Assembly: GCA_964016885.1 (NCBI GenBank)
Contig: OZ024741.1
Span: forward strand, 77,810,001 to 77,874,000
Direction of reading: 5' to 3'
Length of the DNA: 64,000 nt
Source of the DNA: Eledone cirrhosa
Taxonomy: Eukaryota
In this document: in pieces, positions 36,450 to 48,020 of the stretch
Layout: every line of letters begins with the position of its first letter
How positions within the stretch are numbered: position 1 is the first letter of the stretch
Made by a program: the position numbers and the translations under genes
Notes under the pieces: generated by a model
Seen by the model: the letters and a program-made list of their open reading frames with translations, nothing else
Told to the model about the DNA's origin: nothing
Databases searched by the model: none

Positions 36450-38400
36450 CTTCTCATCTAAATTCAATAGATGCCTTCCTTCTCCTGTATTTTTCTTACC
36501 AAATTGGTGTCATGTGGGCAACTTACTTCCACAACAGAGTCTGTTTTTATTTTGAGTTTCCAGACAACATTATTAGTTTAGTTGGGGAGGCAGCTGCTCA
36601 TGTGGCCAAGCATTTCATTTTGCATGCACCCTTATCATCACCTGGTAAAGTTTGATATGCAAAATGGCTTTAACCCTTTAGCATTTAAACTGGCTGTATC
36701 CATTCAGAATTCTTTCACCTCTTTCTGTTTAAACTGGCTGCTCATACTTATGTTAAGTTATGGTTCTCAAAATAAATAGCATCAAAATCTTGTAGATTTG
36801 ATATTATGTGACATAAGTATGTAAGATAAAGCCTTTACCATAAAAATACAATAGTAAATATAGAGTAATATAAATGCTAAAGGGTTAATAGTGTTAGGTG
36901 TGACCATATCCTAGAGATGTATCAGAAATGGGCCCCTGGGATACTCCTGGCACATCTCTTTTACAGGACACTTAGTATGCTGACAACATCACATCTGCCC
37001 CAGGTGTTCAACAAAGTGACCAACTCAGTTCACTCCTCTGTATTGGCTGTCAACAACATTGCCAACTCAATCTGCTCACCATTCAATGTCTGGTATCAAG
37101 ATGATGCAACAATGAGTGGTTCTGTTAAGTATGTTGCTGACCACCTTCACAACATAATCACAGTTCTATTGCTCCTCAGACTTGAGATTAATATTTGTGA
37201 ATTACAGCTAAACATACAATGCATTCAGTCAGTTCTGATTAAAGAATGTCTTACCCTGAGGGCTGATGCCTACATTCTTGACTCTTCCATCCTCTCTAAA
37301 TCTATACACAAGTGCTTGGAGTCAAATAAGCTGACCTGGCAAAGATAATGGACAAAATTCTCTTTTCACTGCACAGTGTACCTTGTCATCCTCATGCAGG
37401 ATGCCTTAGAAAATTTGACTCCATCATATATCACATTACATCATATCACATTATATACATGTAATGTAAGTTTTGACGGCACTGGCTGGTAACAGGTGGC
37501 AATCCCCATGAGATTTAATGGCTCCAGCCTCTACTCAACATCAGACCTGACACTACCAACCTACCTGTTGTCATCCATGATCTCGAACATCACCCTCACC
37601 AAAAAGGTTCTCTGCAAAACATTGTAACCCAAAGTAAACTGGGAATTCGAGTCAGCTCTGGCCATTTGGGTTGACAAGGGCCTTACAGTCACCCAGTATG
37701 TAAGATATCAATGCAACTGTGATAACATCAAATATAGTTCAACGATGAACTGCACAAAGATGAATCTTCCTTGATAGCCTCTGACATTTCTTGCAGCCAA
37801 ACAGAGACGCATGACTCAATTTAATGCTCTCTTCATCAACCAGTACCCTTCTTGATGACGAATGCATCTGCACCTTGGTCTCCACATGTAGGAGCCAGAC
37901 AAATGCCATTGTGGAGTTATGGTTGACGAGTCTGGAATATATCTGTTCTCATTATGACAGTGAAGATTGGTTTCCTTGACACATCACCTTGAATGACATC
38001 AGAAGGACCCTTGACATGGTTGGTTTCCCATGCTGGCCTCAACTGCAGTAATGGTACGTGCCCAGATGAGATAATCCTTTCCCTGTTCGTGGGGGCTGGG
38101 TGGGTAAATCACTAGTCTGGGATGCCACATACTCTGGTTCCAATCTTGTTGCTTCGGCCACAAATCTGGGCACTGTCACTCATATCCAAATACTAAGCTT
38201 TGACCATCCATTTCTTTTTTGTGCTGGTCACTATCAAGACCTCCAGTGTTCTCAGTCACTGGACAACCACTTTTCTCCATAAAATCAACTGAGGAAGGAA
38301 CTCTGTGAGGTGGAATGGCTGATGCAGTGGGTGTTAATAGCTTTTCTCTCGAGTAACGCTTTTGCTATCTTGTCAGCAGAGTGCAGTTGAGAGATACTGC
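36450..38400 (+). mobile_element. Degenerate CRE-clade non-LTR retrotransposon
   Basis: EAAAHVAKHF, VKFDMQNGFN|SVRCDHIL, SPFNVWYQDDATMSG, CHCGVMVD knuckle, PD...GKSLVWDAT, WLMQWVLIAFLSSNAFAIL. Confidence 0.7.
36674..36884. mobile_element. piggyBac-type MITE inserted in the CRE RT
   Basis: TTAA|CCCTTTAGCATTTA...TAAATGCTAAAGGG|TTAA; removing it rejoins the RT frame. Confidence 0.9.
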
Positions 38401-38418
38401 CCAAACAAAGGTGTAGAG

Positions 38419-38736
38419 CAGAGGTGTGTAACAGGCGACCTGTGGGCCACAATCTGGCCCACCAGACCAGTCAGAGTGGCCCGCGATGACCGTTTTTAAT
38501 TTTTACCTTGTAGGCTTATTTAGAATTTTTTTCGCAACTGTAATACAATTTTCTGTTAGTTGACCTATACTAAAGGGCTTCACTGATAGGGTAATGTGTG
38601 TTATAATTTCCCAGTTCCATGTTATGGAAAGAAGTTGTGGTGAATCTTTGGAATAGTGCTTAATAAATATTAATGGCCCTAATAATTGTTCCACTGTTCA
38701 AAAGTGACCCACCAATGGAATATGTTGCACACCCTG
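38419..38736. mobile_element. hAT-type MITE
   Basis: Imperfect TIRs CAGAGGTGTGTAACA / TGTTGCACACCCTG; perfect 8-bp TSD GTGTAGAG (38411-38418, 38737-38744). Confidence 0.88.
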
Positions 38737-38936
38737 GTGTAGAGTTTCCCCCCTTTCTAATTATTTACCACCCGTCCTCTTTATCTTCCTGTTTATTAAT
38801 ATTTTCATCATTGTATACATCTGTTCAGTAATGAATGATTTGGTTGCTGTTTATGTTCTCAGGCATCACTAATCTTCTTTTGATCCATCCATGTCAATAT
38901 GATCATCTATATCTTATTTGATGTTATCTTTCTTTA

Positions 38937-39317
38937 ACTTGGTAAACACCCACAAAATTGTTAACCATGTTGCCAACAACAACCCTGAGCACCTTTTTGA
39001 TTTCCATGTGTCTAACACACGTGGACATGCCCACAAAGTAAGAAAACAGCACAGTTCCCATGACTTTCGGAAACATTTTTTCACGCTCAGAGTTGCTGAA
39101 GCATGGAACAAACTACCTGCATCAGTTGTTAGCTGTCGAGACACTGTATCCTTTAAGGCCTCCATGCTTCCCGAGATCCGCCAACACTACAGCTAACACA
39201 TACACACATGTACTTCCCTGACATTTGTGTATTATTCTATGTACTATACATACACCTTTGACGAGTTGTAGTGCACCTGAGCACTTTACACAATAATTTC
39301 ATTATTATTATTATTAT
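38937..39317 (+). mobile_element. CR1-clade LINE 3' end
   Basis: Near-identical to 9086-9455, including its shortened 3' UTR; (ATT)n tail. Confidence 0.93.
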
Positions 39318-40327
39318 CCTGCTTCATAAAAAGGTACTATCTAGATTCTCTAACAGTTGCTAATGGTGTGGCTACATTTGTTGTCAGATATGTGAGTGTG
39401 TGTCTGTCTGTTGGTGTGTGTGTGTCTGTTTGTGTGTGTGTCTGTTTGTGTGTGTGTGTGTCTGCGCCTGTTGGTGTGAATGTGTGTATGTTGGTGTATG
39501 TCTGTGCATGTATGCAGACAGATATGTCTTAGGCTTCTTTCCTCTGTTACCATACCTGTTTGTTAGACACGAAAATTCTTTCCCTGAATATTTTCCAGAT
39601 AACTGTCTCTGAACAAGGAGGGTGCGGTATACTGCCTTTATAAGTGTATGAGCAAGTTAGGTTAGATGGTAGAAGTTGTCTAAAATTCAAATTTTCCACA
39701 GGGTATGCAGTACCTGTAAAGTAAATAATAATAATATTATATATTATATATATATGTATATATATTATTTTACTAGTCTCAGTCATTGGAATGTGGCCTC
39801 AGTATTTAGTTTTTCAAGTCTGGTATTATTTTATTGATTTCTTTTTTTGGTGAACCACTAAGTTATGGAGCATAAACATAGGCACTGACACAAATGTAAA
39901 TATCAACACATATATATATATATATCATCATCATCATCATTTTACACCCCACCCCGTTTCTTCTAACAGACATTTATTCGTTTTTTCTATTAAAAAATTC
40001 TAGCATTTATAATTTGTTTCAGTTAAAAGCCATGCCTTTTTCCAGCATATGTTCTTTAAAAATACTAGCATTTATAGTGTTTTCAATTAAAAGTGTTCCA
40101 ACTGTTAGGCAGCCATTTTTATTACAACAATTCTATTTACTTCATAAACCACATGGAGATTGTATTCTTTTCAATTTCCTCCGTAAAGTTAATGGTGTAT
40201 ACATCGGAATTTTACAATATACTGCAGAATACAGAATATGTAATTGCAGGATCTATGTGGTACCACCAAAAATCAAGTGATAGTTGGGTCACTGAAAGGT
40301 TGTATCTATTTAATTCATTCCTTTTAA

Positions 40328-40522
40328 CTCTTTAATATTTAAACCGGCCGTATCCAGCCAGAATTCTCTCACCTCTTTCTGTTCAAACCGGCTGCTCATA
40401 CTGTTGTTGAGGTATTGTTCTCAAAATAAATAATATCAAAATCTCATAGATTCAATATATGAGATAAAGCCTTTACCACAAAAATTCCATGGTATATATA
40501 GAGTAATGTAAATGTGAAAGGT
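40328..40522. mobile_element. piggyBac-type MITE copy
   Basis: TTAA on both sides; homologous to 3583-3785; right end GGT as in the 27440 copy. Confidence 0.8.
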
Positions 40523-40929
40523 TTAAGACTGAAACATGTCTGGTATCCCAATTTAACTTTTAATTAATTTGAATTCTGGAGTTGTCTCCCTTGTCTTTGA
40601 CAGAAAAGGTTAAACATGTTTTGTTTTTTTCCCCAGTTTCTTCTAGCATACCTTTTTATCGTTCATTCTACTAAAAAATTCTAGCACTTATAATTTGTTT
40701 TCAATTAGAAACATCCCAGCCATTAGGTAGTCATTTTACCACTCTTACTCCCATATGATGATTAATGTGCCCCCCTTCTGCTGTGGGAGTAGGTGATACA
40801 TGTATGCATAACACTATATGTAGGGTGGGCTGCACGTTCACCTAATACACACATACACATTCCCCTTCCAATCAATCCACACAGTATATAGTAAACGCTA
40901 TACCTACTACATCAAAGAGCAATAGGAGG

Positions 40930-41820
40930 CCCATGCAAACTACAATGGACCTAGTGACTAAAGGTGTCCCCATCTGTTGCTGATGCTGGAGGAAACCTCA
41001 GGCATTTAAGCAACTACACAATACAGTACATGAAAGGCCTCAACACGCATGTAAATTCCCTGACTATCTCCAAGTGGTTGTGCAGTCTTCCTACCCTTCA
41101 GGCCCATGAAAATAGCAAGACACCCAAGCAGCCTTCTGATCATCAAACATAGAAATTAAGACTATCAATGTTGGGATAATGAAAGATAAGTGTGGTGAGA
41201 TTGTGGAGATGCTAGAGAGGAGATGAGTAGATATATGCTGTGTGCAAGAAATGAGGTGGAGGGTGTTTCGGCCAGATTCATGACAAGTAAGGAACACTGG
41301 TACAAATTCTTCTGGGTGGGTAGCAATAATGGGGTTGGTGGAGAAGGAATGCTCCTTGCTGAGAGATGGGTAGAACAGATAATTGAGGTATTCAGAGTGA
41401 ATGAGAGAATAATTAAACTTAGACTAGCCTTGGGCAATACTACAACCACCATATTATCTGAATATGACCTATAAGCCAGTCATGCCGACAAACAAAAAGA
41501 CTGTTTCTATAAGGCCCTCTTACAGACTACCTCAATGACAGATGACAGTGATCTTATGATTACCTACCAATCAGGAGAGCATAGAAACCAAATAGACTTC
41601 ATCCTCAGCAGAAAACAGGATAGGCAAATGGTTGTAAATGCCAAGGCCTTTCCTGCAGAAAAATGTACCTCCCAACAAAGATTAGTTGTCAGGTAACCAA
41701 TTCAGAGAAATCCTACTTCATGCCTTTGACATGAGATGACAAGAGGAGATGGAGACATGTAATATGGAAGAAAACTGGGGTTTCCTATGGAACAACCTGC
41801 TGGAAGCCACAAACCATGCC
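40930..41820 (+). mobile_element. RTE LINE 5' part (APE endonuclease remnant)
   Basis: TINVGIMK...DICCVQEMRW; YKFFWVGSNNGVGGEGMLLAERW; NQIDFIL. Confidence 0.75.
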
Positions 41821-42222
41821 TACAGCTGTTGTATTTTGACATTTGCTGTAGTATCCGTGAGAAGCAGATCGATGAATTTACTGAAAATAATGTTAACACA
41901 ATTGGCAGAACATTTCTGACAGGAGTCGAAATGAGAAGGCTTCTGTTGTGTCTCTTTCCCCTTTTCTAATAAACAATCATTACTTTAAACTTCTGTTTAT
42001 ATCTATAGCAGTATTGTGTTGTTCTCCCTCAATTAACTGTCTCCTTAATGTTGTTGATTGTGTTACTTTTATTTACCTTAAAACAACAATGATGGGAGAT
42101 CAACCCTTTCTTTTTTTTATGACAATTTTCAAATGTGAGAGATCTGCAGCAAATCTCAGCAACTATTCCTGATGGACCAGCTAGTGGGCCCTTATATATA
42201 TATATACGTGTGTATGTATATG

Positions 42223-42311
42223 ATTAAAATATTCTAAATAACTATTTTCTTAAGCAATACGACATAAAAATACAAAAATAATTAATTAGTAATGACAAAA
42301 TAAATATATAA

Positions 42312-42381
<70 letters not shown>

Positions 42382-42473
42382 TTATATATTTATTTTGTCA
42401 TTACTAATTAATTATTTTTGTATGTTTATTTTGTCATATTGCTTAAGTAAATAGTTATTTAGAATATTTTAAT
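42223..42473. repeat. ~250-bp near-perfect palindrome centred on (TA)n
   Basis: 42223-42318 is the reverse complement of 42377-42473 with a few substitutions and indels. Confidence 0.9.
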
Positions 42474-42809
42474 GATAATACATGTAGTCTATAGCCCAAA
42501 AAAGCGTCTCAATTATTGTAGACATTTTTCCCATCCACCCTCCCTCCTGCTTCACCGTAACAAAGTCCAATAAAAATGAGACCACCATAGAGACCTAACC
42601 ACATTACACAAACACCTCCACATCCATGGAGGCAACCATCTTCTAATCTTAATAACCCCCTCCCCCAAAAATAACCATATTGCTAATTTAACAACCACTA
42701 ACACATGCAAATAGCGTTGACCAGTCATGATGCAAATGCCAAACTGGGCAAAAATAACTGGCACAAAGATATCACCCACTACCAGGAAAGCTGTATGCCC
42801 CACCCGTGA

Positions 42810-44172
42810 CTTCAGAGTGGTAACCATCAACGTAGGGATGCTGAAAGGTAGGTCAAGTGAGATCGTGTGTGTTCCTGCTGTGTGTCAGGCTCCTATACTC
42901 CGGTCCTGCATCTATCCTTCCTCATAGTGGTGTCATTGAGTATCGGGCTCCTCAACTGTGGTTACGCTGTGTGGTGTGTTCGGCACAGCTGCTGGCCTGT
43001 CCCTCCTCATGGTGGTGCCATCCAATGCTGGGCCATGAAACTGTGGTTACACTGGGAGTTGGGTTAGGCTCCTCGTATCGGTGCCATCCAGTACTGGGCT
43101 CCAACTGGCCCATTTGCATAGTGGTGCCACCCCCCCAAGTGGTTTCATACTGAGAAGGATTCATTGTATGGAGAGTACCAAGACCCGAAACTGGGGTGTT
43201 GCTGTGGGAGGGGATCAGCATGGCCAAATCGGCCTGACCCTTCCCTTAGTGGTGTCATCCAGTGTCGGGCTCCAAAAAAAAAAAAGAAAAGAAAAAAAAT
43301 CTTTGTTCCTGCTGTGGGCCAGGTCTCCATACTGCAGTCCCGCACCTATCATAGCAGCCTGTCCCTCCTCGTAGTGAAGGCATGTTGCATCCAATACCTG
43401 AACTGAGGGTCTGCTGCATGAAGGGTTCGGCAGGGCCAACCGGGCTGTCCCTCCTCGTAACGGTGCCATCCAGTCACAGGCTGCCAGAGTCCGGTTTCGT
43501 ATTGAAAACCGTCCATCACAAGGAGAGTGCCAGGCTTTGAAACTGGGGTGTCACTGTGAGAAGGGTTTGGCACAGTCAACTGGCTTGTCCCTCCTCATAG
43601 TGGTATCATTGGCCCCTTTGCATAGTTACCATCCAACACCAAGCTCCCAAACTGTGGTTCCGCACCTGTCCCTCCTCTTAGTGGTGTCATCCAGTACTGG
43701 GCCCCAAAACTGTCGTAACATTGTGATGGGTTTCGCTCAGCAAACTGGCCATACCTCCTCATAACGGTGCCACCCAGTACCAGGCCCCAAAACTGTGGTT
43801 GCGCTGTGAGATGAGTCAGGTTCCTCGTATTGGTGCCATCCAGTACCGGGCTCCAAAACTATGGTTCCACTGTGTGATGGGTTTGGCTCCGAAAACATGG
43901 TTCCGCTGTGAGATTGATTCGGCGCAGTCAACTGGCCTGTCACTCTTCATAACAGAGCCATCCAGTTTGACACTGTAAACATGGTTGGTGTTAGAAAGAG
44001 CATCCAGCTGTAAAATGCCCAGCCAAATTTACAGTCCCTGCCGAAGTAAGGTGTGACACATGGCCAACCCTGGCCAGACTTACCTCCCAGCATGGATGAC
44101 TAGTCTAACCCATGCAAGCATGGAAAATTTGACGTTAAATGGAAATGATGATGATGATAATGATGATGATGA
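42810..44172 (+). mobile_element. RTE-derived non-autonomous element with an internal degenerate tandem array
   Basis: FRVVTINVGMLKGRSSEIV (endonuclease start), then about 12 units of cctc(a/g)t..ggtg(c/t)catccag..gggctcc (42870-43965), then RTE tail and (GAT)n. Confidence 0.65.
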
Positions 44173-44494
44173 TATATATATATATATACTAGACCACCCA
44201 TGACCCGTTGGGTCAAAATATTTTTTTTAAATCATGTTCGCTTAAAAATAACTTTTAAATAATTAAAATATACAGACATATATATAATGTGAAATGAAAC
44301 TGGAAGGCCCATATATATATATGTGCGTGTATGTATATATATAAATGTGTGTATATACACAACATTTATATATACACAACACCACCACCAGCTCTCTCTT
44401 CCATTCTCCTTCTCTGTCTCCTCTCCATCTCTCTATGTCTCTCTTTCAATCTACTCTCTCACAACCACTATCTCTTTCACTCTCTCTCTGTTTA

Positions 44495-45396
44495 TGAAGG
44501 TACCCGGAAAAACCCCATATCTCAGGGAAAACACATGATCGACGATCTGACGCCTTCAGAACGCCCGAGTTCGTCGCTGAAGTTCTGGATATCATCAACA
44601 ATGAACCTAGCAAGTCAATGCGTGCCATTTCAAGGGAGAAAGGCGTGGATGAAAAGCTCATTAGGCTGGTGGTACATGAAGACATTCGCTACGTTTCATA
44701 CAAGATGAGGAAAGGACAATTTCTGTCAAAAGCGATGCAAGAAAAGTGACTGAAGCACGCAAAGAAGCTGATCAACAAGTTGAAACACCCACTGGAGCCA
44801 GACATGCTGTGGTTTTTTTCCGACGAGAAAAAATTCTGCCAAGACCAGAAGATCAACTCCCAGAACAACAGGTGGCTCGCTGTCTCATCCAAAGACGTGT
44901 CCAGAGTCATGCAGACAAAGTTTCCAGCGACAACATTGGTCTTAGGTGTCGTCAGCAGTCAAGGTGACGTCATGCCACCTCACTTCTTCCCTGAGGGCCT
45001 CAAGCTGAATACCGATGGCTACATCTGCATTCTGAGTGAGGTAGTAAAGCCCTGGATCGGCCAGGTAGCTGCAGGTAGGCCGTACGTGTTGCAGGAAGAC
45101 TCAGCACCTTGCCATACCAGCCGAAAGACCCAAGCCTGGCTGTCAGAGAACTTCGTCGACCACACTTCACCTGACATCTGGCCTCCTAGCTTGCCTGACT
45201 GCAACCCCCTCGACTTCTTTGTGTGGGGCGCAGTGGAATGAGACACAGATCTAGCTGCAATACAAAATACCATCTGAAGGCCAGGATCACAAGTGCCTTT
45301 AGGGGCGTAAGTCGGGGGACAGTGACGAAAGCCTGTAGCCGGTTCCGAGGCCGCCTTGAGGCCGTCATCAAAGCCAATGGCGGGTTTATCGAGTGA
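44495..45396 (+). pseudogene. DD37D (maT-type) Tc1/mariner transposase, disrupted and 5'-truncated
   Basis: WFFSDEK, QEDSAPCH, WPPSLPDCNPLDF with exactly 37 residues between the second and third Asp; in-frame TGA at 44748 and 45239. Confidence 0.9.
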
Positions 45397-45618
45397 GATC
45401 GAAAGAACAAGTCATGAAGACAAACTGACCCAAGTTTGATAAATATATCTTAAAAAATAAAACTACTGTGTTATTTTTTCCGAGACAGTAATCTTGTGAA
45501 CAAGATTACTGTCTCGGAAAAAATAACACAGTAGTTTTATTTTTTAAGATATATTTATCAAACTTGGGTCAGTTTGTCTTCATGACTTGTTCTTTCGATC
45601 TCACTCGATAAACCCGCC

Positions 45619-45621
<3 letters not shown>
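45376..45621. repeat. Perfect palindrome, 122-bp arms with a 2-nt spacer
   Basis: 45376-45497 is the exact reverse complement of 45500-45621 on reading. Confidence 0.93.
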
Positions 45622-45653
<32 letters not shown>

Positions 45654-45776
45654 AATGTGGGGAGAAGAATACTGCATGGTTGCACATGGATTACATATTA
45701 TAAAATTAGTCCCTCATATATATATGTGTGTGTGTGTGTATATATATATGTATATATATATATACACACATATATA

Positions 45777-46200
45777 AGTGATGTCCGGAAAGGAATCCAT
45801 GTTGGCTTTCCGAAGGCACTGACAGACGGTCTGACCTGACCTGACATGTGAGATCTGTAATAGGGTTTGTCTGAGCATGCCAGGTCTAAAGAGTCACCTG
45901 AGAGTGCACAAGAACAGGGAAGCAGGCACATGTGGAGCTATAAGTGTTCATCAGACGACGACATGTAATGTTTGTGGAAGGGTATGCAGGTCGAGTAGTA
46001 ATCTCACACGACACCTTGGGTCACATGGTACCATGGGCCCAGCATTATGTGTCAATAATTGTCACAAGTGTAATGTTTGTACCAGAGTTTTCAAGTCGCT
46101 GGCTGGACTAAAAAGTCACACTCGTTCAGCACATCGGTAGGGGTTCTCCTACATGGATATAAAGTAGTGGCCATACTCGAAAACGAGTTGGCAGCCACCA
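45777..46200 (+). mobile_element. Probable RTE-type LINE 3' end encoding three tandem C2H2 zinc fingers
   Basis: CEIC..HLRVH, CNVC..HLGSH, CNVC..HTRSAH, stop at 46140; short 3' UTR with an ACTCG-AAAA-CGAGT stem-loop; (TA)n on both sides. Confidence 0.6.
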
Positions 46201-46213
46201 TATATATATATAA

Positions 46214-46384
46214 AATTAGAAAGTGAACAACACGAAATATAACTACTCCATTACCAAAGGTTTCTGGATCCCAGACAATATTAATATACGTCTGGATCAG
46301 TCGACAGATGTTATGGATTAAAAATATGAAATGAGATTTAAAATCTGTTAAAAACTGGAAGTGAGGCTGGAAAAGTAATGGAAA
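46214..46384 (-). repeat. Inverted copy of 56732-56907 (Penelope-like terminal repeat; ribozyme core broken)
   Basis: About 170 bp of high similarity; a 4-nt deletion removes TGAT from CTGATGA. Confidence 0.75.
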
Positions 46385-46403
46385 GTATACATAAGAAAAA
46401 AAG

Positions 46404-46800
46404 GTCGAGAGGCAGGTGCCTTGTCTGGGATGTCACTGTTAGTGACTCCTTTGCTCTCTCCCACATCCTGGATGCTGCAGTTAGGACGAGAGCCACAGCT
46501 TCCACAGCCGAGCGGAGTAAGACCCTCAAATATTCTGATCTGTTGGCTAACTACATTTTTCAGCCTTGTGGCTTTCGAGACGTTTGGGGGAGTTGGGCCG
46601 CTGACTGCGAGGTTCCTCTCTTCACTGGCGAATCTCATGAGGGCGCTTGGCTGTTCCAGCACATTAGCCTCGCCATCACCCGAGGCAACGCTGCGAGTCT
46701 GCTGGCTTCCCTAAAAAATCATTAGAGAGGTTGCCCAGTACTCCACGCCACGTTGGTGTCTTTTGCTCTGGTGTTGGCTCAGTTGTTCACCCCTTCCTTT
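46404..46800 (+). mobile_element. CRE-clade element 3' fragment (second family)
   Basis: RGRCLVWDVTVSDSFA...KTLKYSDL; FETFGGVGP; WLFQHISLAITRGNAASLL. Confidence 0.75.
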
Positions 46801-47069
46801 ACATTTTCTCTCATATAGCAACATTAAAAGAATATATCTTTCTGAATGAATCGCGAGCAATTTATAATGTTATCTAAGCATTTGTAATGTTATTTATGTA
46901 TATATTTAAAACATATTTGTTATGTTATTCTACTGTAAATTTATTTATATGATCTGCTTATATTTTAATTCTGAAAGAATTGCAAACAATTTGTAATGTT
47001 ATTTATACAACTATGAATAAAATATAGTATACAAACGAACACACACAGATAACCACACACATAAATACA

Positions 47070-47585
<516 letters not shown>

Positions 47586-47689
47586 CAAGGTAATTCCGAA
47601 TATAAATATAAATATATAAATATATTTTGTTGTTGAAAGAATGTCATAAAGGCAAAGGAAAAACGAGTGCTCTATGTATAGAACAGAGC

Positions 47690-48020
47690 TATAAAAATAT
47701 TTTGTTGTTTAAAGTATGTGATAAAGGCCCAGGGTGGTTAAAATAAGAGAGAATGTTCAGGAAAAGGTGAAGTCAGTAAGTGAATAATATAAGTGTAGAA
47801 TAAGTGTAAAATAAAATAAAGTAAAATAAAATAAAATAAGTGTTGAATATGTAAAAGAAGTTCAGGGTGTTTAAAATAAGAGAGTGTTCAAGGTAAAAGT
47901 AAATGAAGAAATGGATAAACTAGGTGTAATATAAAATAAAAGTGTTGGAAGTAGGTGGTAAAGTGCCATGGTGGTAAAAATAAGAGATAGTGTTCAGGAA
48001 ATGATGAAGTCAATAAGTGA
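47690..48020. repeat. Degenerate AT-rich tandem repeat, continuing at 51873-52110
   Basis: taaaataagtgttgaatatgtaaaa...gggtgtttaaaataagagag..tgttca occurs on both sides of the LINE. Confidence 0.7.

Noticed and set aside
42870-43965. CRISPR-like repeat/spacer appearance
   Set aside because: Repeats are degenerate, the intervening sequences are related to each other and vary widely in length, there are no cas genes, and the context is eukaryotic.
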